From positions 64,001 through 128,000 of the forward strand of contig JAYFMW010000006.1 of the NCBI GenBank assembly GCA_042408215.1: a stretch of DNA of 64,000 nucleotides, read 5' to 3'. Origin of the DNA: Microcoleus sp. (lineage in GTDB: Bacteria > Cyanobacteriota > Cyanobacteriia > Cyanobacteriales > Microcoleaceae). Below, in pieces: positions 1-10,585 of the stretch (position 1 is the first letter of the stretch; every line of letters begins with the position of its first letter). The translations under genes were made by a program, and so were the position numbers. The notes beneath the pieces were generated by a model. The model saw nothing but the letters and a program-made list of their open reading frames with translations. It was not told where the DNA came from and made no database searches.

Positions 1-353
1 CCCAGATCCTGTTGAAGTTTGATGATTAACTGTCGCCGTGGAATTGCCAGCAACTCAGTTTTTTCGATCGCCTTCACCGTTGCCAAAGGAGGTCGAGCAT
101 CAATGAAAGAAACTTCTCCGACAATTTCTCCGCTCGCTATTTTAGCAAGTTCTTTAGTACCCTCACCATCGATCAAAACGATCAAAGCCCCCTTCAATAC
201 AATGTATAGGGCATCGATTTGTCTCCCTTCATGGATCAGTATCCTGCCGGGGTCGATCACTTCCTTTTTGCCTTTGTGGACGATCCAGTTTATGTCGTCA
301 TTATTTAACTGGCTCAAAATGAAAAGTGCTTTTTTTCTACGGCTGTCGGTCAT
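1..353 (-). CDS. Cyclic nucleotide-binding (Crp-like cNMP) domain protein, running off the window start
   Basis: Manual translation from ATG at 353: MTDSRRKKALFILSQLNNDDINWI...LIHEGRQIDALYIVLKG...GEIVGEVSFIDARPPLATVKA, a cNMP-binding signature. Absent from the ORF track because there is no stop in the window. Confidence 0.8.
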   Translation of the reverse strand, partial: MTDSRRKKALFILSQLNNDDINWIVHKGKKEVIDPGRILIHEGRQIDALYIVLKGALIVLIDGEGTKELAKIASGEIVGEVSFIDARPPLATVKAIEKTELLAIPRRQLIIKLQQDL

Positions 354-674
354 AAATTTAGCTCCCGCTTTTTTTTATAAAAATTCAAGACCGCGCGATT
401 GTAACTGTTTTCATAGCAACCACTTCTGGGCCAGTACAGTTTTTGCTCTTGCCTAACTTTTTTGCCAAATGCTTCTAGCGCGACTTTTACGCAGGGTAGA
501 TGAATTAAGCTGATGAATAATCTGTCAATAATAGCATTTGTTCAACAAATTTTTGACTCCCTCGCCTTGAGCAACTCGTGTTAACTTTTCGTTTCAAAAG
601 CAATGGGCGAGGGTTCGCTCCCCGCAATCTGGGATGGGGCGCGGGACACAATTCACCGCGCCCAGTCTTTCTAG

Positions 675-1655
675 CTAAATCGATCGCAAATCGGCATAGC
701 CAGCCAACATATCGTCAGCAGTCAGAGTGTCGCCACTAGCTTGAGGAGTCCACAGCACCTCAACCGCCAGCAACTGCTCGCTCGATACTCCCCCAATTTG
801 GCGCAAAGCTTGACGCAAATCATCGGAATTTTTGACTGTGGGCAATTGCAGTTTACCTTGAGTACCGACGAGCACCGTCACCACAATATATTCGCCTGGA
901 GCTTGATTTAAATCCGCACCAACCAGTTCGCCATTTTCCTGCAAACTTGGCAGTATTTTGTTGCTCCCTGATTGCCGAAGCTGGTTGTTAAAATTCGATA
1001 GCGTTTCTTCAGTAAACTTACTGCGTTCTGCCAAAGAAAATTGATTAAATTTAGCTTCTGCTGCTTCCAAGCGAGTTTGCACAGATTCAGCACCCGCGTA
1101 AACCCAATATTCTGGATGCCGCAACAAGGCGAGAGTAGATTCTTGGATCACTTGAGCGCGGCCCGTTGCTGTATCGGTATCCGCTTTGAGTGCTAAGGAG
1201 TCGAGTTCCGATTGCAGGCCGCGGGCCTCTGCTAGCAAACCGACTTGCAAACGAGCCACAGAGACGGTTGTAGGGGCGCTGTAGCCTAGTTCGTTAGTTT
1301 CGCCCCCAGCGCGACGGAAGCTTTGGACTAGGAAATTCGCGATCGAAATAAAAATCAAAATCGAAAACAGGCCGCCAAAGCCGCCCCCAAACCCAAAAAA
1401 GGGCAGCAAGAACGGGAAACCGAAGCCGCCACCAAAGCCACCGCCCCCGTAGTAACCGCCTCCCGACGGTGCGTAAGTGCGACTCGGAGACGAGTAACTG
1501 CGCGCTGGAGCCCTAAAAGATCCCCCGCCCATGCGTCCCCCGCTGCGGGCAGCCAGGGCTCCGTCAGCGTTACCCAGGGCTAGGGTGAGTACCAGCCCGA
1601 TCGCAAATAGTGATTTCAAAAGTGGTTTGAGTGTTGAAATTAGTTGCTTGTACAT
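675..1655 (-). CDS. DUF1517 family membrane protein (FLAP1-like)
   Basis: Signal peptide, ARSGGRMGGGSFR Gly-rich segment, transmembrane helix, LALLRHPEYW and AVEVLWTPQ motifs. Confidence 0.85.
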   Translation of the reverse strand: MYKQLISTLKPLLKSLFAIGLVLTLALGNADGALAARSGGRMGGGSFRAPARSYSSPSRTYAPSGGGYYGGGGFGGGFGFPFLLPFFGFGGGFGGLFSILIFISIANFLVQSFRRAGGETNELGYSAPTTVSVARLQVGLLAEARGLQSELDSLALKADTDTATGRAQVIQESTLALLRHPEYWVYAGAESVQTRLEAAEAKFNQFSLAERSKFTEETLSNFNNQLRQSGSNKILPSLQENGELVGADLNQAPGEYIVVTVLVGTQGKLQLPTVKNSDDLRQALRQIGGVSSEQLLAVEVLWTPQASGDTLTADDMLAGYADLRSI

Positions 1656-2011
1656 AAGACCTTTAGCATTTAATACATATATAATTTACAGTCTATCCTC
1701 CCCTGTGGGGAGCCCCGTTGCAGGTGTGAACCCGGTGAGATATCCGTACCCATTGGTGTCAGCTTCAGACTCAAACCCTTTGTCTCTGTCGCTTGTAGTC
1801 GAGCGGAGGGTACGGGGAGTAGGGGTAGCACTACCCCTACTTAAAAATGAAGCAGCCCTGCCCTTTGTAGGGGCGGTGCCTGTGAGTGCCCGCCCGCTTT
1901 TACAGAACTTTACTTAACCGGCGGGCGATCGGCTTTCAATAAGCTTTAGACTTTTAAAGAAATGCTGCTAGTCCTTAAAATCAGGACTGTATTTACCGTT
2001 AAAAAAACATT

Positions 2012-2995
2012 ATGTTTCCAACTCACCGCCCCCGCCGCCTCCGCAACCATCCCCAACTCCGCCGGATGGTACGCGAAAACATCTTGACAACCAGCGATTT
2101 AATTTACCCCCTATTTGCCGTACCGGGGGAAGCTTTTGCTAAAGAAGTCTCATCAATGCCGGGAGTTTACCAGCTATCGATCGACAAAATAGTAGAAGAA
2201 GCAAAAGAAGTCTACGACCTCGGCATTCCTGCGATTATTTTATTTGGCATTCCCGCAGATAAAGACACAGACGCTACAGGTGCTTGGCACGATTGCGGCA
2301 TCGTCCAAAAAGCGACTACAGCAGTCAAAGAAGCCGTCCCAGATTTAATCGTCATGGTCGATACTTGTCTGTGCGAATATACCAGTCACGGTCACTGTGG
2401 CTATTTGGAAGTCGGAGATTTAAGCGGTCGTGTTTTGAATGACCCAACCCTAGAATTGCTGAAGAAAACTGCTGTTGCTCAAGCTAAAGCTGGTGCAGAT
2501 ATTATCGCACCTTCTGGGATGATGGATGGTTTTGTCGGAGCAATTCGGGAAGGATTGGACAATGCTGGATTTGAAGATATTCCCATCATGTCTTACGCGG
2601 CAAAATACGCCTCAGCTTATTATGGCCCGTTCAGAGATGCGGCTGATTCTACACCGCAATTTGGCGATCGACGTACCTATCAAATGGACCCAGGAAACGG
2701 CCGTGAAGCTCTCAAAGAAATTGCTCTCGACATTGCTGAAGGTGCGGATATGCTAATGGTTAAACCGGCTTTAGCGTATATGGATATCATCTGGCGTGTC
2801 AAGGAAGCAACTAACCTGCCAGTTGCAGCTTACAACGTTTCTGGGGAATATGCGATGGTTAAAGCCGCCGCCCTCAACGGTTGGATAGACGAAGAAAGAG
2901 TAGTGATGGAAACCTTGACTGGATTCAAGCGTGCTGGTGCTGATCTGATTTTAACTTATCACGCCAAAGATGCTGCCCGCTGGTTGCAAAGCTGA
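2012..2995 (+). CDS. hemB: Porphobilinogen synthase (delta-aminolevulinate dehydratase)
   Basis: RPRRLR N-terminus, [14 protein letters not shown] zinc site, [24 protein letters not shown]. Confidence 0.98.
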   Translation: MFPTHRPRRLRNHPQLRRMVRENILTTSDLIYPLFAVPGEAFAKEVSSMPGVYQLSIDKIVEEAKEVYDLGIPAIILFGIPADKDTDATGAWHDCGIVQKATTAVKEAVPDLIVMVDTCLCEYTSHGHCGYLEVGDLSGRVLNDPTLELLKKTAVAQAKAGADIIAPSGMMDGFVGAIREGLDNAGFEDIPIMSYAAKYASAYYGPFRDAADSTPQFGDRRTYQMDPGNGREALKEIALDIAEGADMLMVKPALAYMDIIWRVKEATNLPVAAYNVSGEYAMVKAAALNGWIDEERVVMETLTGFKRAGADLILTYHAKDAARWLQS

Positions 2996-3042
2996 GCCAA
3001 GTTTTGAGTGGCGATCGACTTTTGTAGGGGGGTATTGCTCCC

Positions 3043-3305
3043 CATTAGTGTCAACTTAACGTTAAACCCAGTCAGAGACTGCTGTTTGACTATTAAGGCC
3101 AGATCCCCCCGCATTCTTGCCCCCTACTCAACCCCTACTCCCCTTAAGAAGGGGAGTAGGGGAGTAGGGGGTGTGGGACAGGAGTCTTCTCTTTCGTCAC
3201 CCCCTACTCACACCCTACTCCCTTCTTAAGGGGGATTTAGGGGGATCTAGACTTGGCGTAAAACCCAGATTTCTCAAGGGTTTCAGGCTTAAGTTGACAC
3301 TAATG
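3043..3305. mobile_element. MITE with a 17-bp TIR (CATTAGTGTCAACTTAA) and 9-bp target site duplication
   Basis: Perfect TIRs at 3043-3059 and 3289-3305. ATTGCTCCC is duplicated at 3034-3042 and 3306-3314. No transposase. Confidence 0.88.
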
Positions 3306-3535
3306 ATTGCTCCCCTACTGCTGTTTTTCCGTCACACCAAAAGTCAAAGTTGATGCAAAAAAGTATTAATAATTACCGAAATTAGTCAGATAATATGTCT
3401 AACTAAAATTAGTTTTGTATGTTGAGAATTGCCATCAGTAATCTTTGAGTCGGCTTCGGCAGACTTCCTTTGACTCTTAAGCGGTTTTAACCGCCTATTC
3501 CCATTGTTTATATACTATTTGCAGGCAGATTTAGA

Positions 3536-4024
3536 ATGACATCAACTACTAGAGATTCAAGTCATATTCAGTTTTGCATAGGTCACGATCGAGTAGACAT
3601 CGAACAACTCCAACATCTATTTAAAGTAGCTGCATTTTGGGCGAGGGAACGCAAGATAGAAGATTGGGAAATTGCGATCGCCAACAGCGAACCAGTTGTC
3701 ACCGTTTGGGATGACGAAAGGGCGATCGGCTTTGCCAGAGCCACCTCAGACGGCATCTATCGAGCCACCATCTGGGATGTCGCCATTCACCCAGATTACC
3801 AAGGTGCAGGACTCGGACGCAAATTAGTCGAAACAGTTTTAAGTCACCCTCGAATGAACCGAGTAGAGCGAGTTTACCTGATGACAACTTACAAACAAAG
3901 CTTCTACGAACGCATCGGTTTTCAGTACAATGCCAGCACGACAATGATCCTCGAAAATCAGCCCCTAGAAGAAAATGTCGAATTAGAAATTATCAAGGGC
4001 GAATTGGTAATTGCTAATTGGTAA
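3536..4024 (+). CDS. GNAT family N-acetyltransferase
   Basis: GFARATSD...ATIWDVAIHPDYQGAGLGRKL acetyl-CoA binding motif. Confidence 0.9.
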   Translation: MTSTTRDSSHIQFCIGHDRVDIEQLQHLFKVAAFWARERKIEDWEIAIANSEPVVTVWDDERAIGFARATSDGIYRATIWDVAIHPDYQGAGLGRKLVETVLSHPRMNRVERVYLMTTYKQSFYERIGFQYNASTTMILENQPLEENVELEIIKGELVIANW

Positions 4025-4150
4025 TTGCTAATTGGGAATGGGGCATTGGTTGTTGGTTATTGGTTATTGGTTATTGGTTATTGGTTATTGGTTATTATCG
4101 CCCAAAAATAACAACTAACTAATAACAAATAACAACTAACTAATAACCAA
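4003..4150. repeat. Heptamer STRR tract (TTGGTTA/TAACAAC type) between convergent genes
   Basis: Tandem TTGGTTA units followed by inverted TAACAAC/TAACTAA units. Confidence 0.85.
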
Positions 4151-5083
4151 TGACTGCGGAGCCAAAGGAATAGAACACTGAGTCCGAGTGAAATTGCACT
4201 CTTCAGTATCAGAAGGTACTGCGAGAACTTCCAAACGCCCATTCATCAAGCTGACAAGAGTCTGATTCATCAATAACCTCATACCAGGAGATACCTGAGA
4301 ATTATCGCTACTCTTAGTATCATTCTCCAAATCGTGCTTCAGCAAATCCCAAGACTCGCTCCAAGCACTAACTGAACGCTGATCGTCAATCCAAATATGA
4401 ACATATCCAGATTCCGGCGAAGGGTGTACAGAAACACCAATACTTCCCTCTTCCATTTGAGCAATAGCAGTATCTATCAAATTGACTAAAACTTGCCTAA
4501 ATCTAGGGAGATCTGCCAATACATAAATTTCCGGATCGGGGGGGGATATTTCTAGACGAATGCTGCGATTAGCTGCTTGCAAGTAAGTTAAATCGTCAAC
4601 TTCATCAAAAACTTTAGCTAACTGAATCGGTTCAATATCCATCGTCTCAGTCCCGTGTTCAGTTTTGGCAACAGAGATAATTTCATCGATCAATTTAACC
4701 AGCTTGAGTGCGGCGATGTGAGCTTGCTCGACAAACTCCCGTTCCTCAGCAGGATCGTCGCACAAATCAGACAGAATTAATTGCAGCGTACCAATCATGG
4801 TGCTGAGGGGCGATCGCAATTCGTGAGAAGTCCGAGCCAAAAAACCCGCCTTAAATTGACTCATCTCCGATGCCATCTGATAAGCCAATTGAGTTTGCTT
4901 CAGTTGCTCGGAAAGAGCATCAAACTCCTCTAAATAAATTTCTTGAGGAGTTGTCGGGTGGTGCGGTTCAGGTTCTGGCTGTTGCGGGTTCTTTTGCCGC
5001 CGACGCCAGATCAAATTGCTTCCCAAACCCAATAAGATCCCCATCCCTACATATATCAAGTCGCTCCAGCCCATCAGCGCCAT
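4136..5083 (-). CDS. Membrane-anchored histidine kinase-like protein (HisKA plus degenerate HATPase)
   Basis: N-terminal transmembrane helix and FLARTSHELRSPL H-box. The N, G1 and G2 boxes are degenerate. Confidence 0.85.
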   Translation of the reverse strand: MALMGWSDLIYVGMGILLGLGSNLIWRRRQKNPQQPEPEPHHPTTPQEIYLEEFDALSEQLKQTQLAYQMASEMSQFKAGFLARTSHELRSPLSTMIGTLQLILSDLCDDPAEEREFVEQAHIAALKLVKLIDEIISVAKTEHGTETMDIEPIQLAKVFDEVDDLTYLQAANRSIRLEISPPDPEIYVLADLPRFRQVLVNLIDTAIAQMEEGSIGVSVHPSPESGYVHIWIDDQRSVSAWSESWDLLKHDLENDTKSSDNSQVSPGMRLLMNQTLVSLMNGRLEVLAVPSDTEECNFTRTQCSIPLAPQSLVIS

Positions 5084-5108
5084 ATTGCTTTGCCTTGGAG
5101 TTTAGCTT

Positions 5109-5702
5109 TTAGCATTCTAACTGTACCGCGCCTTGTCGCAAGATTTCCCACTCGCTGCCAGTCCATTTGGCCACGGTGGAAGGTAAACTCGAAGCTGTTG
5201 CTGCTGTTGATGATTCCGAAGGCGCTAAGGTCAAGGCTTCGGGAAACTGAGCTTCAATTTGGGCGATCGACTCCAGAGGCGGCTGGCCCGATAAATTGGC
5301 ACTGGTGGTAGCCAAAGGCCCTGTCTGCTCTAGAATTTTGAGCGCCAGGGGAAAGTTAGGCACTCGTAGCCCTATGGTAGTCGGGTCGATCGGATTCATC
5401 GCAGCGGGCACTTTTGCCGAAGCTGGGAGCACCAAAGTTAACGCCCCCGGCCAAAAAGATGCTGCTACCTGCTGCCACACTTTTAACTCTGCTGGACTCC
5501 CCTGCACGTAGGCCCACAAAGCCTCTGCTGATGCTGCCATCAAAATTAGCGGTTTGTCTTGGCTGCGCTGTTTAGCTGCAAAAATCAACTCGGAGCGATC
5601 GGGCAAAGCTGCCAAAGCGGGTACGGTATCAGTGGGAAAACTGACAATATAATCTCCTGAAATTGCTCCTTGAATCAAGGAGGCGATCGAAACTTGAGTC
5701 AT
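5109..5702 (-). CDS. tsaC: L-threonylcarbamoyladenylate synthase (Sua5/YrdC)
   Basis: FPTDTV, KQRSQDKPL, WPGALTLVL, GLRVP and TTSANLSG motifs. Confidence 0.93.
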   Translation of the reverse strand: MTQVSIASLIQGAISGDYIVSFPTDTVPALAALPDRSELIFAAKQRSQDKPLILMAASAEALWAYVQGSPAELKVWQQVAASFWPGALTLVLPASAKVPAAMNPIDPTTIGLRVPNFPLALKILEQTGPLATTSANLSGQPPLESIAQIEAQFPEALTLAPSESSTAATASSLPSTVAKWTGSEWEILRQGAVQLEC

Positions 5703-5721
5703 TCGATTTTAGATTTTAGAT

Positions 5722-5831
5722 TAGGACTTGCGCGAGGGTGGTCAGAAACCGGGTTTTTTGCGAGAATACTTGTTGCAGTCCAAAGATTCGGTAAAAAACC
5801 CGGTTTCTTTTGTCGGAGTGCGTAAGTCCCG
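5722..5831. mobile_element. Short MITE-like element (TAGGACTT.CGC / GCGTAAGTCC ends) inside a TAGATTT STRR
   Basis: Imperfect terminal inverted repeats and an internal AGAAACCGGGTTTTT / AAAAACCCGGTTTCT palindrome. Same end family as 20864-22673. Confidence 0.6.
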
Positions 5832-5918
5832 TAGATTTTAGATTTTAGATTAATCCCGCGAATTCTGCATTTTATTTAAATAATTATAGCGGCTTTTCCT
5901 GATATTATTGTGCAGCAA

Positions 5919-6404
5919 TTATCGGAAATCCCACAATTGCTCTTCACCGCTGAATGCACGCTTGGGAACTATAATAAACTTTGAGTATGACACAGGATAG
6001 AGGGACGACATCGGATAAATTACTAATAATTTTCTGGTTTCAATAAAGAATCTAAAAGCTTCCCATGTAAAAATCCCTTGCCAACTAGAAGTATTAAGTG
6101 CCAGCCCTTCTCCTATCATTTCCATCGTCATAGGTTCCCCGTAGTTCGTCGAATTGGCGATCGGCATCTCTATCTCTACGCCTGTTTTCACAAAAATTTT
6201 ACATAAAACAGGCATGAATACCAAAACAACACCCACCACTAAGAAGCCGTTCTCTTTCGACATTATTCCCATCAAAAGAAAGAAGAGTCCTATTAGCAAT
6301 GCCAAGTTATGAATGGTTCGCCTTTCCGCTTGTGAGGCTCTTTCTAGCTCTGCCAGACTAGCTTCTTCGTAATCATTAGAATTTAGTTGAAACTCAAACT
6401 TCAT
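5919..6404 (-). CDS. YcxB-like membrane protein
   Basis: Likely start MKFEFQL at 6404. Two transmembrane helices, then W..F..FIET..L..I and IVPKRAFS, as in the YcxB C-terminal domain. Confidence 0.7.
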   Translation of the reverse strand: MKFEFQLNSNDYEEASLAELERASQAERRTIHNLALLIGLFFLLMGIMSKENGFLVVGVVLVFMPVLCKIFVKTGVEIEMPIANSTNYGEPMTMEMIGEGLALNTSSWQGIFTWEAFRFFIETRKLLVIYPMSSLYPVSYSKFIIVPKRAFSGEEQLWDFR

Positions 6405-7068
6405 AGCTTTTACTTGAAACGGGCGAAACTGGCGGAATCTTGCTGTATAGCAATTCTCTAAATACTTGACGCTGCTCTCGGTTAAATGCCTGTTTTGGGA
6501 AAAAATGCGGGCTGTTGGAAAACTCGTCAACATAGATAACGAACAAATTTTCTGTCTCTAAGAAGTGCGAGTAAAATTCCCACTTGAGTTTGAGGCTAAC
6601 CTTTGCAGTGTCGAACTCCAGTCCAGATTCAGTCACTTTTAGAGTCACAAATTCGTGCCAAATATTATTTTTATTTGCCCAGGCACAAAATTGAATAACT
6701 CCGAAGAATTGAGAACCCCAATAAACAAGTTGTAAAATTGTCCAGAATAACAAAAAAGGCTGCACTGAAATCCCCAATTTGATCCCAGATTTAATCTGCA
6801 TGAAAAGCACAATCCAAAAGAAACCTTTATCGAACGACATGATCTTGCGCCGCTCTAGGAACTTCACAATCGGGATGTAGCAGATGCCAAAACTGAGAAT
6901 GAAATAACCCCAGAGGGGATTTGCGCCAGCGATCAGATAGACAATTCCGCCGCCCGCAATAATTACAGCCCGAATCCAAAACTCGACTTCCGAGAAAGTC
7001 TCGAATTTTGTGGAAATTCTACTAGCTTCTAAATATTCTTTGAAAGTAAACTGGTATTCCAACTTCAC
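6394..7068 (-). CDS. YcxB-like membrane protein (tandem paralog)
   Basis: GTG start at 7068 after an AGAGG RBS. Transmembrane helices and LKWEFYSHFLETENLFVIY...FPKQAF. Confidence 0.7.
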   Translation of the reverse strand: MKLEYQFTFKEYLEASRISTKFETFSEVEFWIRAVIIAGGGIVYLIAGANPLWGYFILSFGICYIPIVKFLERRKIMSFDKGFFWIVLFMQIKSGIKLGISVQPFLLFWTILQLVYWGSQFFGVIQFCAWANKNNIWHEFVTLKVTESGLEFDTAKVSLKLKWEFYSHFLETENLFVIYVDEFSNSPHFFPKQAFNREQRQVFRELLYSKIPPVSPVSSKSYEV

Positions 7069-7201
7069 GGTGATACCTCTTGGATGCTGAGTGCGTAGGC
7101 GTAAGCCGGGGCGCAGCCATCGCACTTCTTTCCTAACTCTATCTCTCAAAATCAAGCAACTCTTCCCATTCGATAAATTCTCTCTTTGTTTGCCTTGATC
7201 C

Positions 7202-8155
7202 CTAACGCCGATAGGCTAAAGCAAACCGATCGACTCCTGCTAAATCAGCAAATATCTGAACATCGCAATAACTCCCCTGACTTTCCAGCAGATCAGCCAC
7301 AGCCTCAGCCTGTCCCGCCATCATCTCAACCAACCACACTCCCCCCGATTCTAAATAATCGGGAGCCGTTTCTGCCAAATGCCGGATGCAATCTAAGCCG
7401 TCAAAACCGCCGTCTAAGGCTAGATGAGGTTCGTGCTTCAAAACTTCCGGTTGCAGAGTCAGCACCGTGCTGCTGGGAATGTAAGGCGGGTTAGAGACCA
7501 TACCGCTAACGCGACCTTTCAGAAATGCTAGCGGTTCCCACCACGAACCTTGATAAAAATTAACTCTCTTGGCAAAACCCAAATTGTCAGCATTCTGTCG
7601 AGCAACTGCCAAAGCTTCCGAACTGCAATCTACAGCATGAATCGTCGCATTTGTCAATGCTGAAGCTAGTCCGATCGCGATCGCCCCGCTGCCCGTTCCC
7701 AAATCCACCCAATTCGATTTGGAAAATTCTCCCCCCCTTGGTAAGGGGGGGTTGGGGGGGGTAGATTTTTGATTGATCTTTTCAGATTCCAAACAATTGT
7801 TAACAGCTTCCACAACCAAATCAATCAGCAATTCCGTCTCAGGACGAGGAATTAGCACCGCCGGCGTTACTTTGAGAGAAAAATGCCGCCAATATACATT
7901 TCCCGTTAAATACTGCACTGGGACTCGTTCCTGCCACCGACTGCGCCACAATTGGGAAAGTTCAGATAAAGACAACTTTAATTCAATTTTTGGCAAATCT
8001 TTAAACGACTCTAAACGCAGCGCCAACCTATCCAAACCAGTCAACTCTAGCAGCAGCCAGTCAAGTTCTGTTAGGGAAATGTCACTATTTCGAGCCTCTA
8101 TCTTAGCTTGATTTATCCATTGCCAAAGCTCTAAACCAGAAACACAAATGATCAT
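7202..8155 (-). CDS. prmC: Release factor glutamine methyltransferase HemK/PrmC
   Basis: PVQYLTG, VLIPRPETE, DLGTGSGAI, SNPPY, EPHLALDGG. Confidence 0.96.
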   Translation of the reverse strand: MIICVSGLELWQWINQAKIEARNSDISLTELDWLLLELTGLDRLALRLESFKDLPKIELKLSLSELSQLWRSRWQERVPVQYLTGNVYWRHFSLKVTPAVLIPRPETELLIDLVVEAVNNCLESEKINQKSTPPNPPLPRGGEFSKSNWVDLGTGSGAIAIGLASALTNATIHAVDCSSEALAVARQNADNLGFAKRVNFYQGSWWEPLAFLKGRVSGMVSNPPYIPSSTVLTLQPEVLKHEPHLALDGGFDGLDCIRHLAETAPDYLESGGVWLVEMMAGQAEAVADLLESQGSYCDVQIFADLAGVDRFALAYRR

Positions 8156-8265
8156 TTGTTATTTGTTATTTGTTAACAGTCAACAGTCAACAGTCAACAG
8201 TCAACAGTCAACAGTCAACAGTCAACAGTCAACAGTCAACAGTCAACAGTCAACTGTCAACTGAC
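8153..8265. repeat. Heptamer STRR (AACAGTC)n
   Basis: About a dozen tandem AACAGTC units. Confidence 0.9.
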
Positions 8266-8271
8266 TAATTA

Positions 8272-9117
8272 TTAGCGAGCGGGTCGAGTTTGGCTGGGAG
8301 CGGGAGCTTGAGGAGCCGATCGATTTTGGTTGGAAGCTGGGGGTTTATTTTGGTTTCCAGCACCGGCTGGTTGGAGCGATCGCACAAATTCCAGCGACTC
8401 CCGCGACGGAACCAAAATCAATTGGCTCAAAAACGGGTCGTTCTCAGTCCGCAAAGCTTCCAAAACGCTCTCCAAATTCACCACCTCAATCTTAATTGTG
8501 GCAGTCACGTTCGGCTGCTGCTGCTTGAAGCGCTCCACCATTCCCTGCAATTCCTCCTTGTTAAAAAACAGGGGAATCACCTCTTGCTGGCCCCGTTGAA
8601 TCGTCAAATAACCATTTTCCGGGCCGCCTCTGGCCAAAAACAGAGGCACACCATTGAACTCGTTAACTTGTTGCCCAGTCTGCTGAAGTACAGTTTTAGC
8701 TAACTGCACCTGCTGCGGGGCCGGAACGTAGGCAAACACTACCTCATCCGGCTTACCTTTATTTGCTTGAGAAATCTGGTAAATTTCCCCCAGGGACACC
8801 GGCGTCACGCGCACCGATGCCGCCAACTGAGGATTTTTGGTTTTCAGTTGATCCACAAAAGCTTGAGCATCCTTCTGGCTGATGAAAATTCCCGCCACAG
8901 AAGCATTGCCACTTTGACCCTGACCTTGCTTGGGTACAGAAGCGATCAGAGGCGCACCAGCCGCGTCTGTAATGGTAAACACCGGCACCGATCGCAACTT
9001 GTCCAAAATCTGCGGTTCCGGCAGTGCCTGTGCAGACCTATTGGTTATTGGCAAGGGGCCGAGCAGAGTGCAGCCCACAATCCCCAAAATTGCACCCAAA
9101 CGAACTAATAATTTCAT
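8272..9117 (-). CDS. tic22: Tic22 family periplasmic chaperone
   Basis: Signal peptide, KLRSVPVFTITD..GAPL, FNGVPLF, IPLFFNKEEL. Confidence 0.9.
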   Translation of the reverse strand: MKLLVRLGAILGIVGCTLLGPLPITNRSAQALPEPQILDKLRSVPVFTITDAAGAPLIASVPKQGQGQSGNASVAGIFISQKDAQAFVDQLKTKNPQLAASVRVTPVSLGEIYQISQANKGKPDEVVFAYVPAPQQVQLAKTVLQQTGQQVNEFNGVPLFLARGGPENGYLTIQRGQQEVIPLFFNKEELQGMVERFKQQQPNVTATIKIEVVNLESVLEALRTENDPFLSQLILVPSRESLEFVRSLQPAGAGNQNKPPASNQNRSAPQAPAPSQTRPAR

Positions 9118-9297
9118 CTTTTTTCCATCAGGAGCGATCCATCCTGAGATACATTAACGCAAAGACCCCTATTGGGGAGCTACCTTGAGAGTAATTGAGC
9201 TAAAAATCAGCGACAAACGGCGATCGCAACTCCCTAGGTTTACGCTGTAATAGCTCAAACCCAGTCAGATACTGAATCTATTATGAACCTTGTGCGA

Positions 9298-9371
9298 TCG
9301 GGATGACAGGATTTGAACCTGCGACATCCTGCTCCCAAAGCAGGCGCGCTACCAAGCTGCGCTACATCCCG
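9298..9371 (-). tRNA. trnP: tRNA-Pro (UGG)
   Basis: Minus strand reads CGGGATGTAGCGCAGCTTGGTAGCGCGCCTGCTTTGGGAGCAGGATGTCGCAGGTTCAAATCCTGTCATCCCGA: cloverleaf, anticodon TGG, TTCAAAT T-loop. Confidence 0.97.
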
Positions 9372-9523
9372 GTGTGGTAGTTATCCACCCCATAACAATT
9401 AACACACAAAACCCCGCACTTGTCAAGCTTTTTTTAAGTTCAGCTCAAAATGCACCTCAATCGGTGATGGCAGCGTCAATATTGCCTTGCCTCAAAAAAT
9501 CAACGCTGACCAGCACCTGTAGG

Positions 9524-10195
<672 letters not shown>

Positions 10196-10585
10196 TCATC
10201 TTACGCCGAAAAGAGGGATTTGTCGTCCAACATTGAGTCTGCACTCTTGAGATTTCAGTAAGTTTGGTAGAAATGTTCAACTTCTTCGAGTGCCCGCACC
10301 ACCGGCACAGAATCTAAAATTTGTTGCGGAACCAGGACAGAGGCATTTTTGTAATTGCTTCTTTTGAGTGCCGCCGATCGCGCCGGAACTTATACGCTTG
10401 GTGGGAAGTACAACTCGAAGGTTGCAACCGTGACATTCTAATTATACGTTCCCCGACAAATTTGACTTCTGCTGTTTGTTCGGAGACGGGCACAATTTAA
10501 ATCGCAGCGTCGAACCGAGAATCCCATTGCCACTGGGCATGGGACTGTCCAAATCTAGTATATCTCCCGCACCTTCCCCTCAATT

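Noticed and set aside
19..456. 145-aa plus-strand ORF
   Set aside because: Antisense shadow of the cNMP-binding gene on the minus strand.
3008..3353. Two short ORFs after hemB
   Set aside because: They lie within the MITE and REP repeats.
9298..9371. tRNA-Pro as an integration site for an island
   Set aside because: No duplicated tRNA 3' end or intact integrase was seen, and the flanking genes are ordinary.
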